Assembly (NCBI RefSeq): GCF_009914755.1
Contig: NC_060941.1
DNA length: 64,000 nt
From: the human T2T-CHM13v2.0 reference genome, Homo sapiens
Reading direction: 5' to 3' (one strand)
Shown: in pieces, positions 1 to 13,917 of the stretch
How positions within the stretch are numbered: the first letter of the stretch is position 1
How the letters are laid out: every line of letters begins with the position of its first letter
Notes under the pieces: generated by a model
Told to the model about the DNA's origin: nothing
The model's database searches: none
What the model saw: the letters and a program-made list of their open reading frames with translations, nothing else
Translations under genes and position numbers: made by a program

Positions 1-751
1 AGCCTTGGTGTCTTACATGTGGTGTTATGCCTGCAGGTGTGCAGAAGACAAGAGTTGAGCTTTGGGAATCTCTGCTTAGATTTCAGTGGACACATGGAAA
101 TGCCTAGATGTCCAGGCAGAAGTCTGCTGCAGGGGCCCAGCCCTCATGGAGCACCTCTGCTAGGGCAGTGTGGAAGGGAAATGTGGGGTTGAAGCCCCCA
201 CACTCAGCTGTGAGAAGAAGGCCACTGCCCTCTAGTCCCCAGAAAGGTAGATACACCAACAGCTTATACCATGCACCTGAAAAAGCCACAGGCACTCAAC
301 GCCAGCCTGTGAAAGCAGTTTCAGGGCCTGAATCCTGCAGAGTCACAGGGGCAGAGCTGCCCAAGGCCATGGGAGCCCACCCTTTGCATCATTGTGCCCT
401 GGATGTGAGACACGGAGTCAAAGGAGATGATTTTGGAGCTTTAAGAAATGCCTTGCTAGGTTTTGGACTTGCATGGGGTCCGTGGCCCCTTTGTTTTGGC
501 CAATTTCTCCCATTTGGAATGGGAACATTTACCTAATACCTGTACCCCCATTGTATCTTGGAAGTAACTAGCTTGCTTTTGATTTTACAGGATCCTAGGC
601 AGAAGGGACTTGCTTTGTCTCAGATGAAACTTTGGACTTGGTCTTTGGGTTAATGCTAGAATGAGTTGAGACTTTGGGGGACCGTTGTGAAGGCATGATT
701 TTGTTTTGAAATGCAAGAAGAACATGAGATTTGGGAGGGGCTGGGGTGAAA
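1..751 (+). mobile_element. MaLR (THE1/MST) internal region, 3' part, truncated by the window edge
   Basis: Typical THE1/MST-int text (GAGCTGCCCAAGGCCATGGGAGCCCAC, GAAGGGACTTGCTTTGTCTCAGATGA) ending in a polypurine tract TTTGGGAGGGGCTGGGG just before an LTR; colinear with the internal region at ~55940-56720. Confidence 0.9.
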
Positions 752-1123
752 GAATATGGTTTTACCTCGTGCCCCCTCCCAAATCTCATCTCTAATTGCA
801 ATCCCCATGTGTGGAGGGAGAGATGTGGTGGGAGGTGATTCGATCATGGGAGCAGTTTCCCTCATTCTCCTCTCATGATAGTGAGGGAATTCTCACAAGA
901 ACTGATGGTTTTAAAGTGTGGCACTTCCTCTTTGCTCCTTCTCTCTTTCTCTCCTGCTGCCGTGTGAGATGTACCTTTCCTCCCCTTTGCTTTCCACCAT
1001 GATTGTAAGTTTCCTGAGGCCTCCCCAGCTAAGTGGAGCTGTGAGTTAATGAAACCTCTTTTGTTTACAAATTACTCAGTCTCAAGTAGCATCTTTATAG
1101 CAGTATGAGAATGGACTAATATA
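752..1123 (+). mobile_element. THE1D/MSTA-type 3' LTR (ERVL-MaLR)
   Basis: Starts ATATGGTTT...CCCAAATCTCATC, contains CCATGATTGTAAGTTTCCTGAGGCCTCCCCAGC, ends ATGGACTAATATA. Confidence 0.88.
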
Positions 1124-1209
1124 CCTTATGTCACAGAAGTTGTAAATGTATCAGCCTGGACAGACTAAAGCCGGAGCCTTCCCACTTAAATACAACATGA
1201 AAATGCCAA

Positions 1210-1290
1210 TTCAGCATTCTTTTCACAAACATTTACTAGGTAGTGAATATGTGCCAAGCACTATAGTAGGCACCCAAAATGTGAAGATGA
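1210..1290 (-). mobile_element. L2 3' end fragment
   Basis: CAAACATTTACT...TATGTGCCAAGCACTATAGTAGG resembles the reverse complement of the L2 3' terminus. Confidence 0.6.
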
Positions 1291-3239
1291 TTATGGTGTA
1301 TTTCAAAATCTAATGTAGAAAATAACATCTTGGCAGTCACACAGCTCCAAAGTGGATACCAAGTATTTCTCTACTCCCACCTCTCCAGCACCTCCTCTTC
1401 CTTATAATGCTTCTGTCATTACAAAACTCTACTCTGACCATAGGGAGTGAGGGGAGGAACGTAACTATGCAAATCATGATAGAACATGAAACACAGCAAT
1501 ATGTTAACTCAGTTGTGTAAACCATGAAGCCTAAATCTCAATAGGGTTTATCCTGTGATAGTAGGAAGATCTCATCTTTTATACCCAGTTATAAATTTTA
1601 AACTTTAGGAACAAAGACAAGGAATAAGCCCCTATCCCGAGAGTTTAATAACTTACAGCCTTCTAATAAAGCTGTATTGCTTGTGATGTCAACAGTGAAT
1701 TATCTGAACAGAGGCTTGTTAAACAGCATTGTGAAAAGTGTGCATAACTTTGCCAGGTATATACCATCACAGGATGGAAGGAGAAATCCACACAGAAATA
1801 AAAAGACCTGATTTTCTTAATGCATAAATTTATACTCAAGTGGGTGGCAACAAGAGTCTTACTAATTTTAAGTAAGATAGTAACATGTTCAAAGACATGG
1901 AACAGCACTTAGGCAGCAGGATGGAATGGAGGCATAGATGGGTAGAGGTTTGGGCATAGTGTGAATTTGTTTAGGAACAAATTCACAATGGCTCATGCAA
2001 GAGATTTGCCCTGTGGCAGTGATAATCTAATGAATATAAGGAGATATATCTTTTAAAAAATAGCTAATATTTACTCTGTGTTAAATGTGTTATTACTAAA
2101 ATTCCTTCCATTTTTTTAAAGAAAGAATAGATGAGATTTATGGTCTCTTGTAAAGCTTTCTCTGAACACATTTAGGTTTTGTTTTGTTTTGTTTTGAACA
2201 CGATTTTATTCTCCAAGTTCTCAGCCAGCCAAATCGTGCTTTGTCTTCTTGTTTTGGTATAATGCCTGAACAAGGCCTTACAAAATAGCTTCCTGTCTGG
2301 CTTGTTTGAAACATACCTCTTTACTATCTCTGAGCTGAGCTGTGAGGAGGATGTGAAGTCCGCAAGTATAAGGTGAAAATAAATAACCATCCAGTTCAAA
2401 CAAACCACTTGCCTCAGTCAGTAGTTCTGGCCCACATTCATTTGTACCCAACAAAGTCCCTCAGCTATCTTATTATCACATTTCTTTAAGGTTAACCCCT
2501 CAAAGATGATCTTGTTTTGAAGTTCTAAACATCGCGCCGCATGCAAAATGACTCAGGTATTATCATATATTGATGATTCATGATGTTCTTCTGGAAAATG
2601 AAAACTTAGTCATCTAATCAATAAAATCATTTTAAGTCTTTGAACTGGTTCCAGGTCAATTTTTCTTGGCAGTTTTTTGGCTTCCTGAATTATACTGACC
2701 CAAACCATGAATAATGATCTAAAATTGCACAATATACAAAAACCATCTGTTTGATAGGAACAAGAGGGTGATGTCATGGGGCCACTTCTTATCTCAATTT
2801 TATGTCCTGCCAGTGCTGATGTCACTGGCTTGGCAACACATTGGCAGAGTCCAACTTGTTAAAGATGAGTACGTTCAAGAAGGAAATTGTATCACTGCGT
2901 GGAGAGGGACTTCTTATGTTTTCTGGATTGGAGATGGACTAACAAGAAATGGCAAGAGCTGACAATAAAATGGCTAGTATATATTTCACTGCAGTGATTA
3001 ACGTATTATAGTTGACAAATATAGTGTCTCTTCCTCATTTGCATTTTCCAAGGAACAAAGTCCTTCATCTTCTAAAAAGGAAAATGTTGCAGAACTTTTC
3101 ACAGGAGTAAAATATAGTTGCACCACAAGAAGATGGTAGGGAGTAGTCTTAATGTTTGTGTCCAGAAGAAAACTGGGGCATCGCACTGAATGTGTCTGTA
3201 AGATAGATTAACACTGTATCAACTACAAAGTTATTGATA

Positions 3240-3465
3240 TATATGTAAGTGTTGTATGTAGGAACCGTGAGGTAATTGTCCATCTATGCTCAACCCTGGC
3301 AGGTTTATCCATTTTTGGGTCCAGCTACTACCACCACCACCACAGAATGATATGGAGAATTTTGAGAGGATTGAGAGAAATACAACAAAAATGATTGAAG
3401 AGTTAGATTGTCATTTCTCGGTAAAAACGTTAAGAAACTTGAGGTGTTTGTTGTTGACAGATGGA
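3240..3465 (+). mobile_element. CR1/L3 LINE fossil (ORF2 C-terminal region)
   Basis: Translates as RNREVIVHLCSTL...HFW...DMENFERIERNTTKMIEEL...KTLRNL, matching the CR1 ORF2 motif SREVIVPLYSALVR...QFW...DIDKLERVQRRATKMI.GL...ERLKEL. Confidence 0.75.
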
Positions 3466-3558
3466 TAGTAAAGATATGAAGGGCACAGACTATAGGATTC
3501 CTTGCTGCAAGGACTATTGCTTATACACCCCCTACTGCTGAAGCTTTAAGGAGTTATC

Positions 3559-3864
3559 GGCCGGGCGTGGTGGCTCACGCCTGTAATCCCAGCATTTTGG
3601 GAGGCCGAGGCGGGTGAATCACGAGGTCAGGAGATCAAGACCATCCTGGCTAACACGGTGAAACCCTGTCTCTACTAAAAATACAAAAAAATGTTAGCTG
3701 GGCATGGTGGCAGGCACCTGTAGTCCCAGCTACTCAGGAGGCTGAGGCAGGAGAATGGCATGAACCTCGGAAGCAGAGCTTGCAGTGAGCCGAGATCGCA
3801 CCACTGCACTCCAGCCTGGGCAATAGAGCAAGACAGTCAAAAAAAAAAAAAAAAAAAAAAAAAA
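3559..3864 (+). mobile_element. AluY, full length
   Basis: AluY diagnostics ACCATCCTGGCTAACACGGTG, GAGAATGGCATGAAC, GAGCTTGCAG; long poly(A); perfect TSD AAGGAGTTATC at 3548-3558 and 3865-3875. Confidence 0.97.
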
Positions 3865-6800
3865 AAGGAGTTATCATAGAAAGCAATAGTTAATTACCTT
3901 CTCTTTTAATGGTATAATTTTTGTCTGAATTACCAATGTACAGAAAATTGAGTTTTCTATTTAAAACTGTGTCAGAGTTCTCAATTTTCAAATCAAATCG
4001 AGTGAATGAAGTTCAACCCACTTATGATTTGAAGGCTTCTGTAATGAGTTTTTGAAACACATTTAAATTAATAAATGTTTAAGTGTATATGTGCTATCTG
4101 ATCAAAATAAAGGTAACTTACAGAAGCTGGTGCCAATTATGACTACGCTTAAATAACATAGTGATATAGTAAACAAATCGTGAACTCTTGGGGATATCTT
4201 GGAAGTGAACATATTAATAATTTTAAATTAAGCATATACAACATTTTGACAGATTTTCCTCACTCAAAAGAAAGTATATAGCCAGGCAGGAAAGTTCCAG
4301 AGAGGTTGAGGTTGAGTCTTCATTCTAGGTAGGATGATGGTGGAAAAAAATAAAAGTGCTTAGGACAGGGCAATCTATGTTTTCTTTTAAAGTATCATTA
4401 AAACACATTAAGTTTTAATCTGTTTTACTTAATTTGAAGTAAAAACATGTATAATTGTACAAACACATAAATCATATTTCACGTTATTTCAAGATAATTT
4501 AGTTTCCACTGTGTTAAAAGAAAAGAAAGAGTTTGCAGGCCTGAAGAAAGAGGCACAGAAACAGATTCTAGTCACGTATCTCAAACTTTTTCTTCAGAAA
4601 TATTAGAATTTATTAGTAATTAGAGAAGTTTCTTAAAGTAGATCATATTCTTTTGAACTTCAGAGAGTAGAAATTGAGGGACTTAAAACATTTTCTTACG
4701 AGAACATAGAAAAAAAAACATATCTGAGGCACGTGTTTTATGAGATTAAGAAGAATTGCTAAACAATTGTAACCTAATACCAAGACCCAGAGGGGATGGC
4801 TCAAGGAAAGAAAGTTTTCTTGATTACAGCCTAGTTAAGCAATTTAATTAAAATGGCTGCTTTAAAAATATGTGCAATTTTGCCAATGGTAAGTGTGTTT
4901 TCTGGTGACATGTAGAAACACTGATGAGTCCCAGCCAGGATACCATTACAAAGACAAAAGGTCACTGGGCTCTCCTTACAACAAACACATGTTTTCCATT
5001 GACTGTCTCCCCCATGGTGAATTTCCTTGCCACTCATTAGAATTTATTGATGCATAATTCCCCTGCAAAATAGATTATGGAAAATGTAGTCTTACATAAT
5101 CTTTGTCTTCTTTCTCTGAAGAACTGAGTGAAAGGTGTATCACAGTGGCCATTTTTGAGGTGACGATGAGGTTGAGGAAAGAGGAAAGGCGGTGAGCTGC
5201 ACGTGCAAAATGTCCATTTCCCATTTTGAAGCACACAAAGGCCTTTAAATGCTTCACTTATCTCATATTGTAAACTCCAACATGAAGAGAAATATTCACC
5301 AGACAGGTCATAAATCATGCCCAAAGACAGGTGCAATAAATACCAATGTCAAAAAGTTACAGAGTAAAATTAGATTATTTTGACAAGGCCTCCAGATGCG
5401 CTGACAACAGGGCAAGTAAATGGCCTCTTTTCTGAGAGCCCACATCACTGGTACATGGGTGGGGAGAGGGACCCCAAGCCATCATAGGAAAAAGTATCTC
5501 AGAATTTTAACACTTGTCACCCTTACTACACTATCCTCAAGGAAATGGCCAGCAAGGATTCCTCCACCTGTGCTATGAAGTCATCACATGTTAAAATGTT
5601 ACTGATGAAAACATATCAACATAAAGTCAAATACCATGGGGAAGGCATTTAACATGTATATAATGCCCAAGTGGAAAATATGCTTGCAAATCAAATTGTT
5701 GTAAATTTCATATGTAAATATTTTTGTATAATAGTTATAATATACATAATATTGTATATATAATATATACTCTTTAATGAAGTTACAGTTATACTCATAA
5801 ATGAATTATAGATGCTTATTTGTTTAAATCTAGATTTTTAACATACTTAAATGAAAATACTTTTAAGTTAATTATATTGCTGCTTAAACAAACACTTTGA
5901 TTGAATAAATTTAACTTCACAGAAATTCAGGCATCCTAGTTTTCTCAGTAAAGGTACTGGTTGTAATAGAAATTGAATTAGAATGGCACACATTATGTTG
6001 TTTTACATGATGTTAGGTACGTATAGATATAACAGCATGCCAAAAACACCATCCTCTTTTGTTGTGTATTTCTTACTCAGTCACAGTTGTATGAAAACTA
6101 CAATTATTTCATTTAGCAATTGATAAAAACTTGTATTTATGTTCATGGTATAGATATGTCTAGCTATAGGAAATGTATTAAGAGCCTTATGTAATTAACT
6201 GAATAGTTCAACTTCCTAAAACAGTTTCATTTGAAGTCAATAAATAATTGCAATAAATTTACCAGAACTTTGAGGGATAGCAATAATGGTTAAAATAATA
6301 TGGCCCTGTGCATAGAAATGTTTAGTTTGTTTCTGAATGATTCAATTTTATAGTTATGTTTTAATAGCAATCTCTATTTGGTCAATTTGTCTCAATCAAT
6401 TCAATATTCAGAGCCTGACAACCAAGTTGTGCTGAATTCAACAATTTGACAAATACACAACTGAAAAGAGTTTCAATCTTCTATTATGTCTGAGGTAAAT
6501 GAAAGATAGGTACGATATCATCTCAACAACCTTTTACCCCGATACACTTAGATTAACATGGAATCTCACTTCCATCCTCTAATGTCATTGCCAGTTTAGA
6601 ATCACACAAAACTGAGGTTATAAATTTCAAAACAGTTTATAAACTTCCAATCTGCAGACTGTTTAAGAAGTCAACTCAAATCTTATTTCTATAATCCCTC
6701 TAGAAGTGGCTCCACAATGGTAATTCAATTATAAATTCCTAGGTTGAATTTTTATTTTTATTTTCTCTCTTTTAGGAAAGAAATCACCAAAGTATTTCTA

Positions 6801-7847
6801 TATTGATATGGTTGATATTCCAAAGAGGGATATATTATTTTGCATTATTTTAGTCACATATAATCAGTCATGTTATTTTGCCTTATTTCTCAGGATGCAA
6901 TTGAGTTACCTACCTCTGCTGAAAAAATGGATTATTTTGCTAGGTTGTGTGTGGTGAGTTAGACTTATGACCTAGGGAAGTAGAAGTCAGGAGGGAAGGC
7001 CTGGTAGCAGCATCCTATAAACCAGGCCAATGTGTTGCCCTGAAAAGGAATGCACTGCCATAAATGAAGGCACTTGGAGGGCAAGGGTCATAGTATGTAA
7101 TTAGCGCAGGCCATTTAAGGAAGAATAAGAAAATAATGTTTTACAAGCTGGTAGAAAGAGAAGCAAATAATCATTTAAATGTTCCAATTGTGAGTTCCGT
7201 CAGTGTGTGTGGTTTATTTTATAAGCAACTTTCTTTACTAGTAAGAGGCAAAGCAATACTGGGAAATGAAGTGCTCATTGGTACCCTGCAGTATGCACTA
7301 CAGGGCCCTTCCTTTGAACTGCTTTGCATAAGGTTTATTTCCGGCACTCTGTTTTGTTCTCTTACCCTAAGACTCATGGTGACATTGGACAAATGGTAAA
7401 CCAAAGCACATAAAATATGAAAATCTCTTTAAGCTATGATAGACATTTTTGTCCAGTTTCTTGAAGGAAAGGAATAATAGATTATGGTTTATAAAAATGA
7501 GGCATTCACAAAAGAAGCCATGCCGAAACACTTTTTCTTGGCAGCCCAGCCACCTAATGTTTAAGTGACCCATTAATATCACTCTGGGGAATACTCAGTT
7601 GCCCATTTCATTTAAAATAAATGAAATGAATTTTCAGCTGTACATTCAGTATTGCAGCTGACTTATTGTTTGGTATAGGAAATGACTTCTGTATAAGCAA
7701 AGGTAAATTAAAGGTCATGTTAAAGGGGTATTATTGCCTTCAGTGCATGTTTATAATCACACATTGTTTATACGTAGGAAAACAGAAGCATTAAACTAAG
7801 TTTTTTGTGGTTTCTTGTTATTAAGATATTGGGCAGCCAAATCACTA

Positions 7848-7975
7848 CATATATATATATATAATATGTAAAATCTCCATATATGTATGTAAAATATATA
7901 TATATATGTAAAGTATATATATGTAAAAATCTCCATATATACATGTGTATATCTCCATATATATATATATATATG
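7848..7975. repeat. Compound (TA)n microsatellite with repeated ATCTCCATATAT units
   Basis: Directly visible. Confidence 0.9.
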
Positions 7976-9429
7976 TAAAATCAGAGTAAAATATGACAAC
8001 TAAGCAAAGATTAAGGCACCAATTTAATTTATAACGGGTGCTAAATATATGTACTATCATTTCCTTTGAAATCCTATGCAGAGTAACATGGATGATATCT
8101 TATTATAAAATTGTTACAAGGCAATTACTCTTTGCTATACTCTACACAGCTGGTCAATCCATAGTTGTTTTTTCAATTCCAGGTTCAAGTTACATTTTAT
8201 TGTTTATTGTTTTATTTTGAAATATTTCTTCTTGGCACCCTTACCAGAAAAGTCGCAATCTTTGGTCGAAATTTGATAATGGAAGATTAGTTTACTGGTC
8301 AGGATATTGTGGATTAATTAAGATGGAAATCTGGAAACTGGTTTTCATTCTTTGTTTCCTACAGTGAGCAGTAAAAGAACAAATTAATGGAGTGAAACAT
8401 GATCTCTTGGCTGCTAAATTCCAAAGAACAAATGTGATATTTAATTACTTACAGATATTGAGCCTTTTTCCCCCACTAATTTTAATTTTGTCTCCCCATT
8501 TGTAAATTATTTGGTGTTTTTGTTTGTTTGTGCCATTTTGTTTTTAAGTTAGAACTCATACAAAGGTAATATATCACCATAAGCCCTGAGGGCATGACAC
8601 AGAAGATTCACTTACAAAGGACAGACACTCTTTCTAATGGGTCACAACATTCCTCTGATGGATAGGAGTCACTAAACTGACAATAGGTTGCTTGAAAGAG
8701 CTCTCATCTGAGCTTTAATCCTTATTTGATTTAACATTTTATCTTCATTGAAATATCTTAAACATTTGTTGAATGATAAAATCAGGATGTTTTTATTTGT
8801 ATTCCCTGAGAGCTAAAATTAAACAGAAGATGCACGTATTTCACTTCCCATATTTTAGAGAAATTATTTGAGCTACACTAAATACAGCATTAATAAATCT
8901 GACTGTGGCTTAACTATATTTGTTCTTCTTAATTAACTCCACAAAATATCTGCCATTATCTTACATATTAACTTCATATGAGAAGAGGAATAAACTCAGG
9001 AACCTCACCACACAATTGGTTAGGACCACACAAATTGTCCATTAATTATTCTGTAAATACTTCATACAGCAGGTCTGTTTTCCCCAGCAAGATTATAAAC
9101 TCCTTGAGGACAAGAATTATAAACTTCTAAAATTCCTAGCACTATCTAAAGCCAAAAATAAATGTATATTATGTATCATTCAAAAAAATTTAAGCTAAAT
9201 CTTTTTTAAAACGACAGTCTATCATAGATGTTCATTAATACTTTTAAGTAGTTAAGGTTTGCTATCTTAGTAGTGGGAAACCCCAAAAGGGAGCAAACGA
9301 GTAGGGAATTCATTGCCATATGGCTCGTCAGATTCTATAAAAGATGTAGAATCTTAATAAGTTCAATAGCATTTCCTTTTTGTGCCTAGAAATAAATATC
9401 AACAGCGTAGCACCCATTTTAACAATTAT

Positions 9430-9940
9430 CTCTTAATGACAAAAATAATGCTTACACTTTGAGGAAACATTTAAAAAATAAAAATGTATAATAAGAAAAA
9501 TAAGAAATACAGGCCCAACTCCAGAGAAAGCGCATTAATTTTGTATCTTTTCTTCTAGGCTTATTTGTATATTTTAATCTATACAAAATTTAAAGATTTT
9601 ACAAATGATGAATCACTTTGGGTATGCAGTTTTAGTATCTTGGTTTTCTCATGTATCTGTATACAATGATAGTTTTCTCATTTAAAGAAATATCCCATAA
9701 AATATTTTAAGCTGATTCATTAAATTCTATGAAAAATGAAAAAAATCATTTAATTTTTTCTTTTTTTTTGGCTTTTTATTTTAGTATTTCTCTAAGAACT
9801 AAAGTGCCAATAGCACTAAAGATAACATCTTTGTGTGCATATTTGATTGTCTTATTTTGTGGTGAATTTCAAGACTTAAAGTAGCTAATGCAAAAGGATG
9901 ATAATTTGTATTAATTTTGGTATACTATACCAACAGTTTT
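9430..9940 (-). mobile_element. Ancient L1ME-type 3' fragment
   Basis: Degenerate similarity to antisense L1ME 3' UTR text; boundaries approximate. Confidence 0.45.
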
Positions 9941-11489
9941 GAATAATATGTATGTCAGAAGGCCTTAAGAAATAGAGCATTATGTCTGCTGTAATTATTC
10001 TCTCCTCTTTTCTGCCACACATAGCCACATGGCTCAGTCATTATCTTCTGCTATTTAGTATATTTAATACCAAAGGAATTCCTGCTAGCCATCTGCTTTT
10101 CTATGTTAATTCTTGCCCTTTGCAGTTTTCCTTACAAGATATAATCATCTAGAACAGCAGGTCCCTACAGAGAACTTGAACATTTGCTTTTAATCAAAAG
10201 GCATAGTTTATATTAAACTCAGTAAACAAAATCAGGGGACTTGTATAAATAACAATTTGTGCATATCATTTTCATTTTTGCTGACACTTTTGACTCTGGT
10301 ATTGATCTTTCTCCAGGTTGTGAAACTCAGAGGGCAAAGTGCAAAGTTCAAAAGTGGCTATTTGCCTCAAGGTTTATTGAAAATAAAACATCAACGGAAG
10401 TCCTCTGAAGTAATTTGAGGAAACTTTTTTTTTCTTCTAGGAAGGATGTCATTATTCAGTTTCTAAGGTTAAGTCTGCTTAGAGAAAAATAATAGAGTGA
10501 AAATAGGCTTGAAACATTAGAAAGCTGGCAGAAAACATCTATATAATTGTGGGACTGAATGCAAGTATGTAAAATTTCCAAAAACAAACATTGCATTCTA
10601 TATGGAACATCTCTTTATCTGTTCATCGTCCAAATACAGAAACTATAGCTCCATCTTGCCAAATCCATAGTATGTGGACTGAAAAAAAAAAAAAAGAAAA
10701 AAGAAAAAACAGATGCAAAATGAATAAGGAAAGAGTACATTTAAAAAAATACATTTTTTAAACTGGTTTAATAAGAAAATTAATTTTAAAAAATCAGTAC
10801 AATTGGATTGTCATCAAGCACCTAAAAGGCACAGCTCATTTTTTCAATTGTCCTGTTCCAAATGATTATTTTGTTTCATGCAAGCACTTGCTGGGAACGT
10901 TTCCATGCTGAAACAAGACAAGTGCAGGCAGAGCTGTTTTTAATTTTTAAAGATAACTAAAAACATACAGAAAAGCCTTCCAAGCTTGACTTGAAATTGT
11001 TGTATCTAAAGATTCTCAATGCATTTATTAGGAAGTGTCCATCCAACTTAAGAGAATTTTAACAGGCGTCCTAAGGTCAGACTGCAAATCAGGCCAGGAG
11101 TCAAGAGCTTCAGTAATCTTTTCCCAGCGTCATGCAGTAGATCCTGGTTATTTTCAACCAAATTAGACATCATTTTGGATGTTTATTCTCCCAATTATCT
11201 CCTTACCCCCCCAATCCTTCTAAGTTTCTTTATGGTTTTATTTAAAAATTCTCTTAGTTTTTTATTGCGAGAGTAACTTAAGTGTGGTCTATTTGAAATC
11301 TTCATCACATATAAAGGGGGAACACAAAATCATTTATGTAATAAGACTCCAGCTAACAGGCACCCTCCAGCAATCTGAATGCTTATGAAATGGCATGAAA
11401 ATAAATCCAGAAAATTAAACTAAGAGCTAGACAAAATATAAACTACTTTGAGCTGTGCTTTTACAAGACAGATATGTCTAGGTATATGA

Positions 11490-12404
<915 letters not shown>

Positions 12405-12405
<1 letters not shown>

Positions 12406-12710
12406 TCAGTAGGATACTGATTGAGATTCAAATAGCAGAGAATCCAGGTAGCAGTTGCTTAAATGAGATTAAAATGTCACTTTCTTTCATGTAATAATAA
12501 GCAATTCATTGTTGATATAGTAGATCCTGACGTGATGAATGCGGGCTGTCTCCTGATTTCCATTCTGCCATATCTCAAGGGTAGAAAAAGCAGGAAGGAG
12601 GAAAGTAGGAAGAAAGGGCCCTTCTGAAAGATGCATATTCCACTTTCATATAGCAGTGGTAAGAAACTAGTCCCACATCTAAGCTGGTTTTAAGGGAGGT
12701 CATGAGCTCA
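12405..12710 (-). mobile_element. Old MLT1 (J/K-like) LTR fragment
   Basis: TCAGTAGGATACTG...AAATAGCAGAGAATCC...GCTTAAATGAGAT...AGAAACTAGTCCCACAT resembles antisense old MLT1. Confidence 0.45.
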
Positions 12711-12727
12711 GTTAAAAATCGAGCTGA

Positions 12728-13028
12728 GGCTGGGCGCAATGGCTCACACCTGTAATCCCAGCACTTTGGGAGACTGAGGCAGGAGGATAGCTTGAACTCA
12801 GGATTCAAGACTAGCCTGGGCAACAGAGTGAGACCCTTGTCTCTACAAAAATTTTAAAAATTAGCCGAGTGTGGTTGTGCATGCCTCTGTAATCCCAGCT
12901 GCTTGGGAAGCTGAGGCAGGAGGATGGCTCGAGCCCAGGAATTCAGGGCTGGAGTGAGCTATGATCACATCACTGTACTCCAGTCTGAGAAACAGAGCAA
13001 GGCCCTGTTTCAAAATAAAAAAAAAAAA
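12728..13028 (+). mobile_element. AluJ (Jo-like), full length
   Basis: GGAGGATAGCTTGAAC, GTGAGCTATGATCAC; TSD AAAAATC(G/A)AGCTGA on both sides. Confidence 0.93.
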
Positions 13029-13319
13029 TCAAGCTGATCTTATAGCCATCATGCCACATATGAGGACAAGGCTGGAGATAAGAGGAAATAAGCTACATGT
13101 GATGAGGGGAAAGGATGAAAATAACATTCTTGTCTTACTAAATCACCTGAACCCTGGAAACATCTGTTCTTATAAATTCTTGTCATGTGAGATAATAAAC
13201 ACTTTATAATCAATCCATTATTATGAATTGGGTCTTCTGTAACTTGTAGCCAATAAAATTTGATATGATAAATCTCAGGTGAAGCAGGGTGATGATGATG
13301 TAGTATCCACCTTTTCTAG

Positions 13320-13694
<375 letters not shown>

Positions 13695-13917
13695 TGACAT
13701 CATTTTGATTCCTCATATCCTAGGGTGCTGATAGCAGTCATGCCTTCATGTAGCAAATAGAAAGCTGAGGGGAAATCTGTAGAATTCATATTCAAATCTG
13801 TGAAAGTAAAACATCAAGACTAGGGGCTGAATTATATATTTGCCTAACATATGTAGAAATCACAGTGGTGTTCATAGGTTGGTGGCATCTCCATTTTGAC
13901 TTTGCCTTGAAAGTTCT

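Noticed and set aside
108-536. 142-aa ORF
   Set aside because: Lies wholly in the MaLR internal region; a decayed retroelement reading frame, as is 56045-56356.
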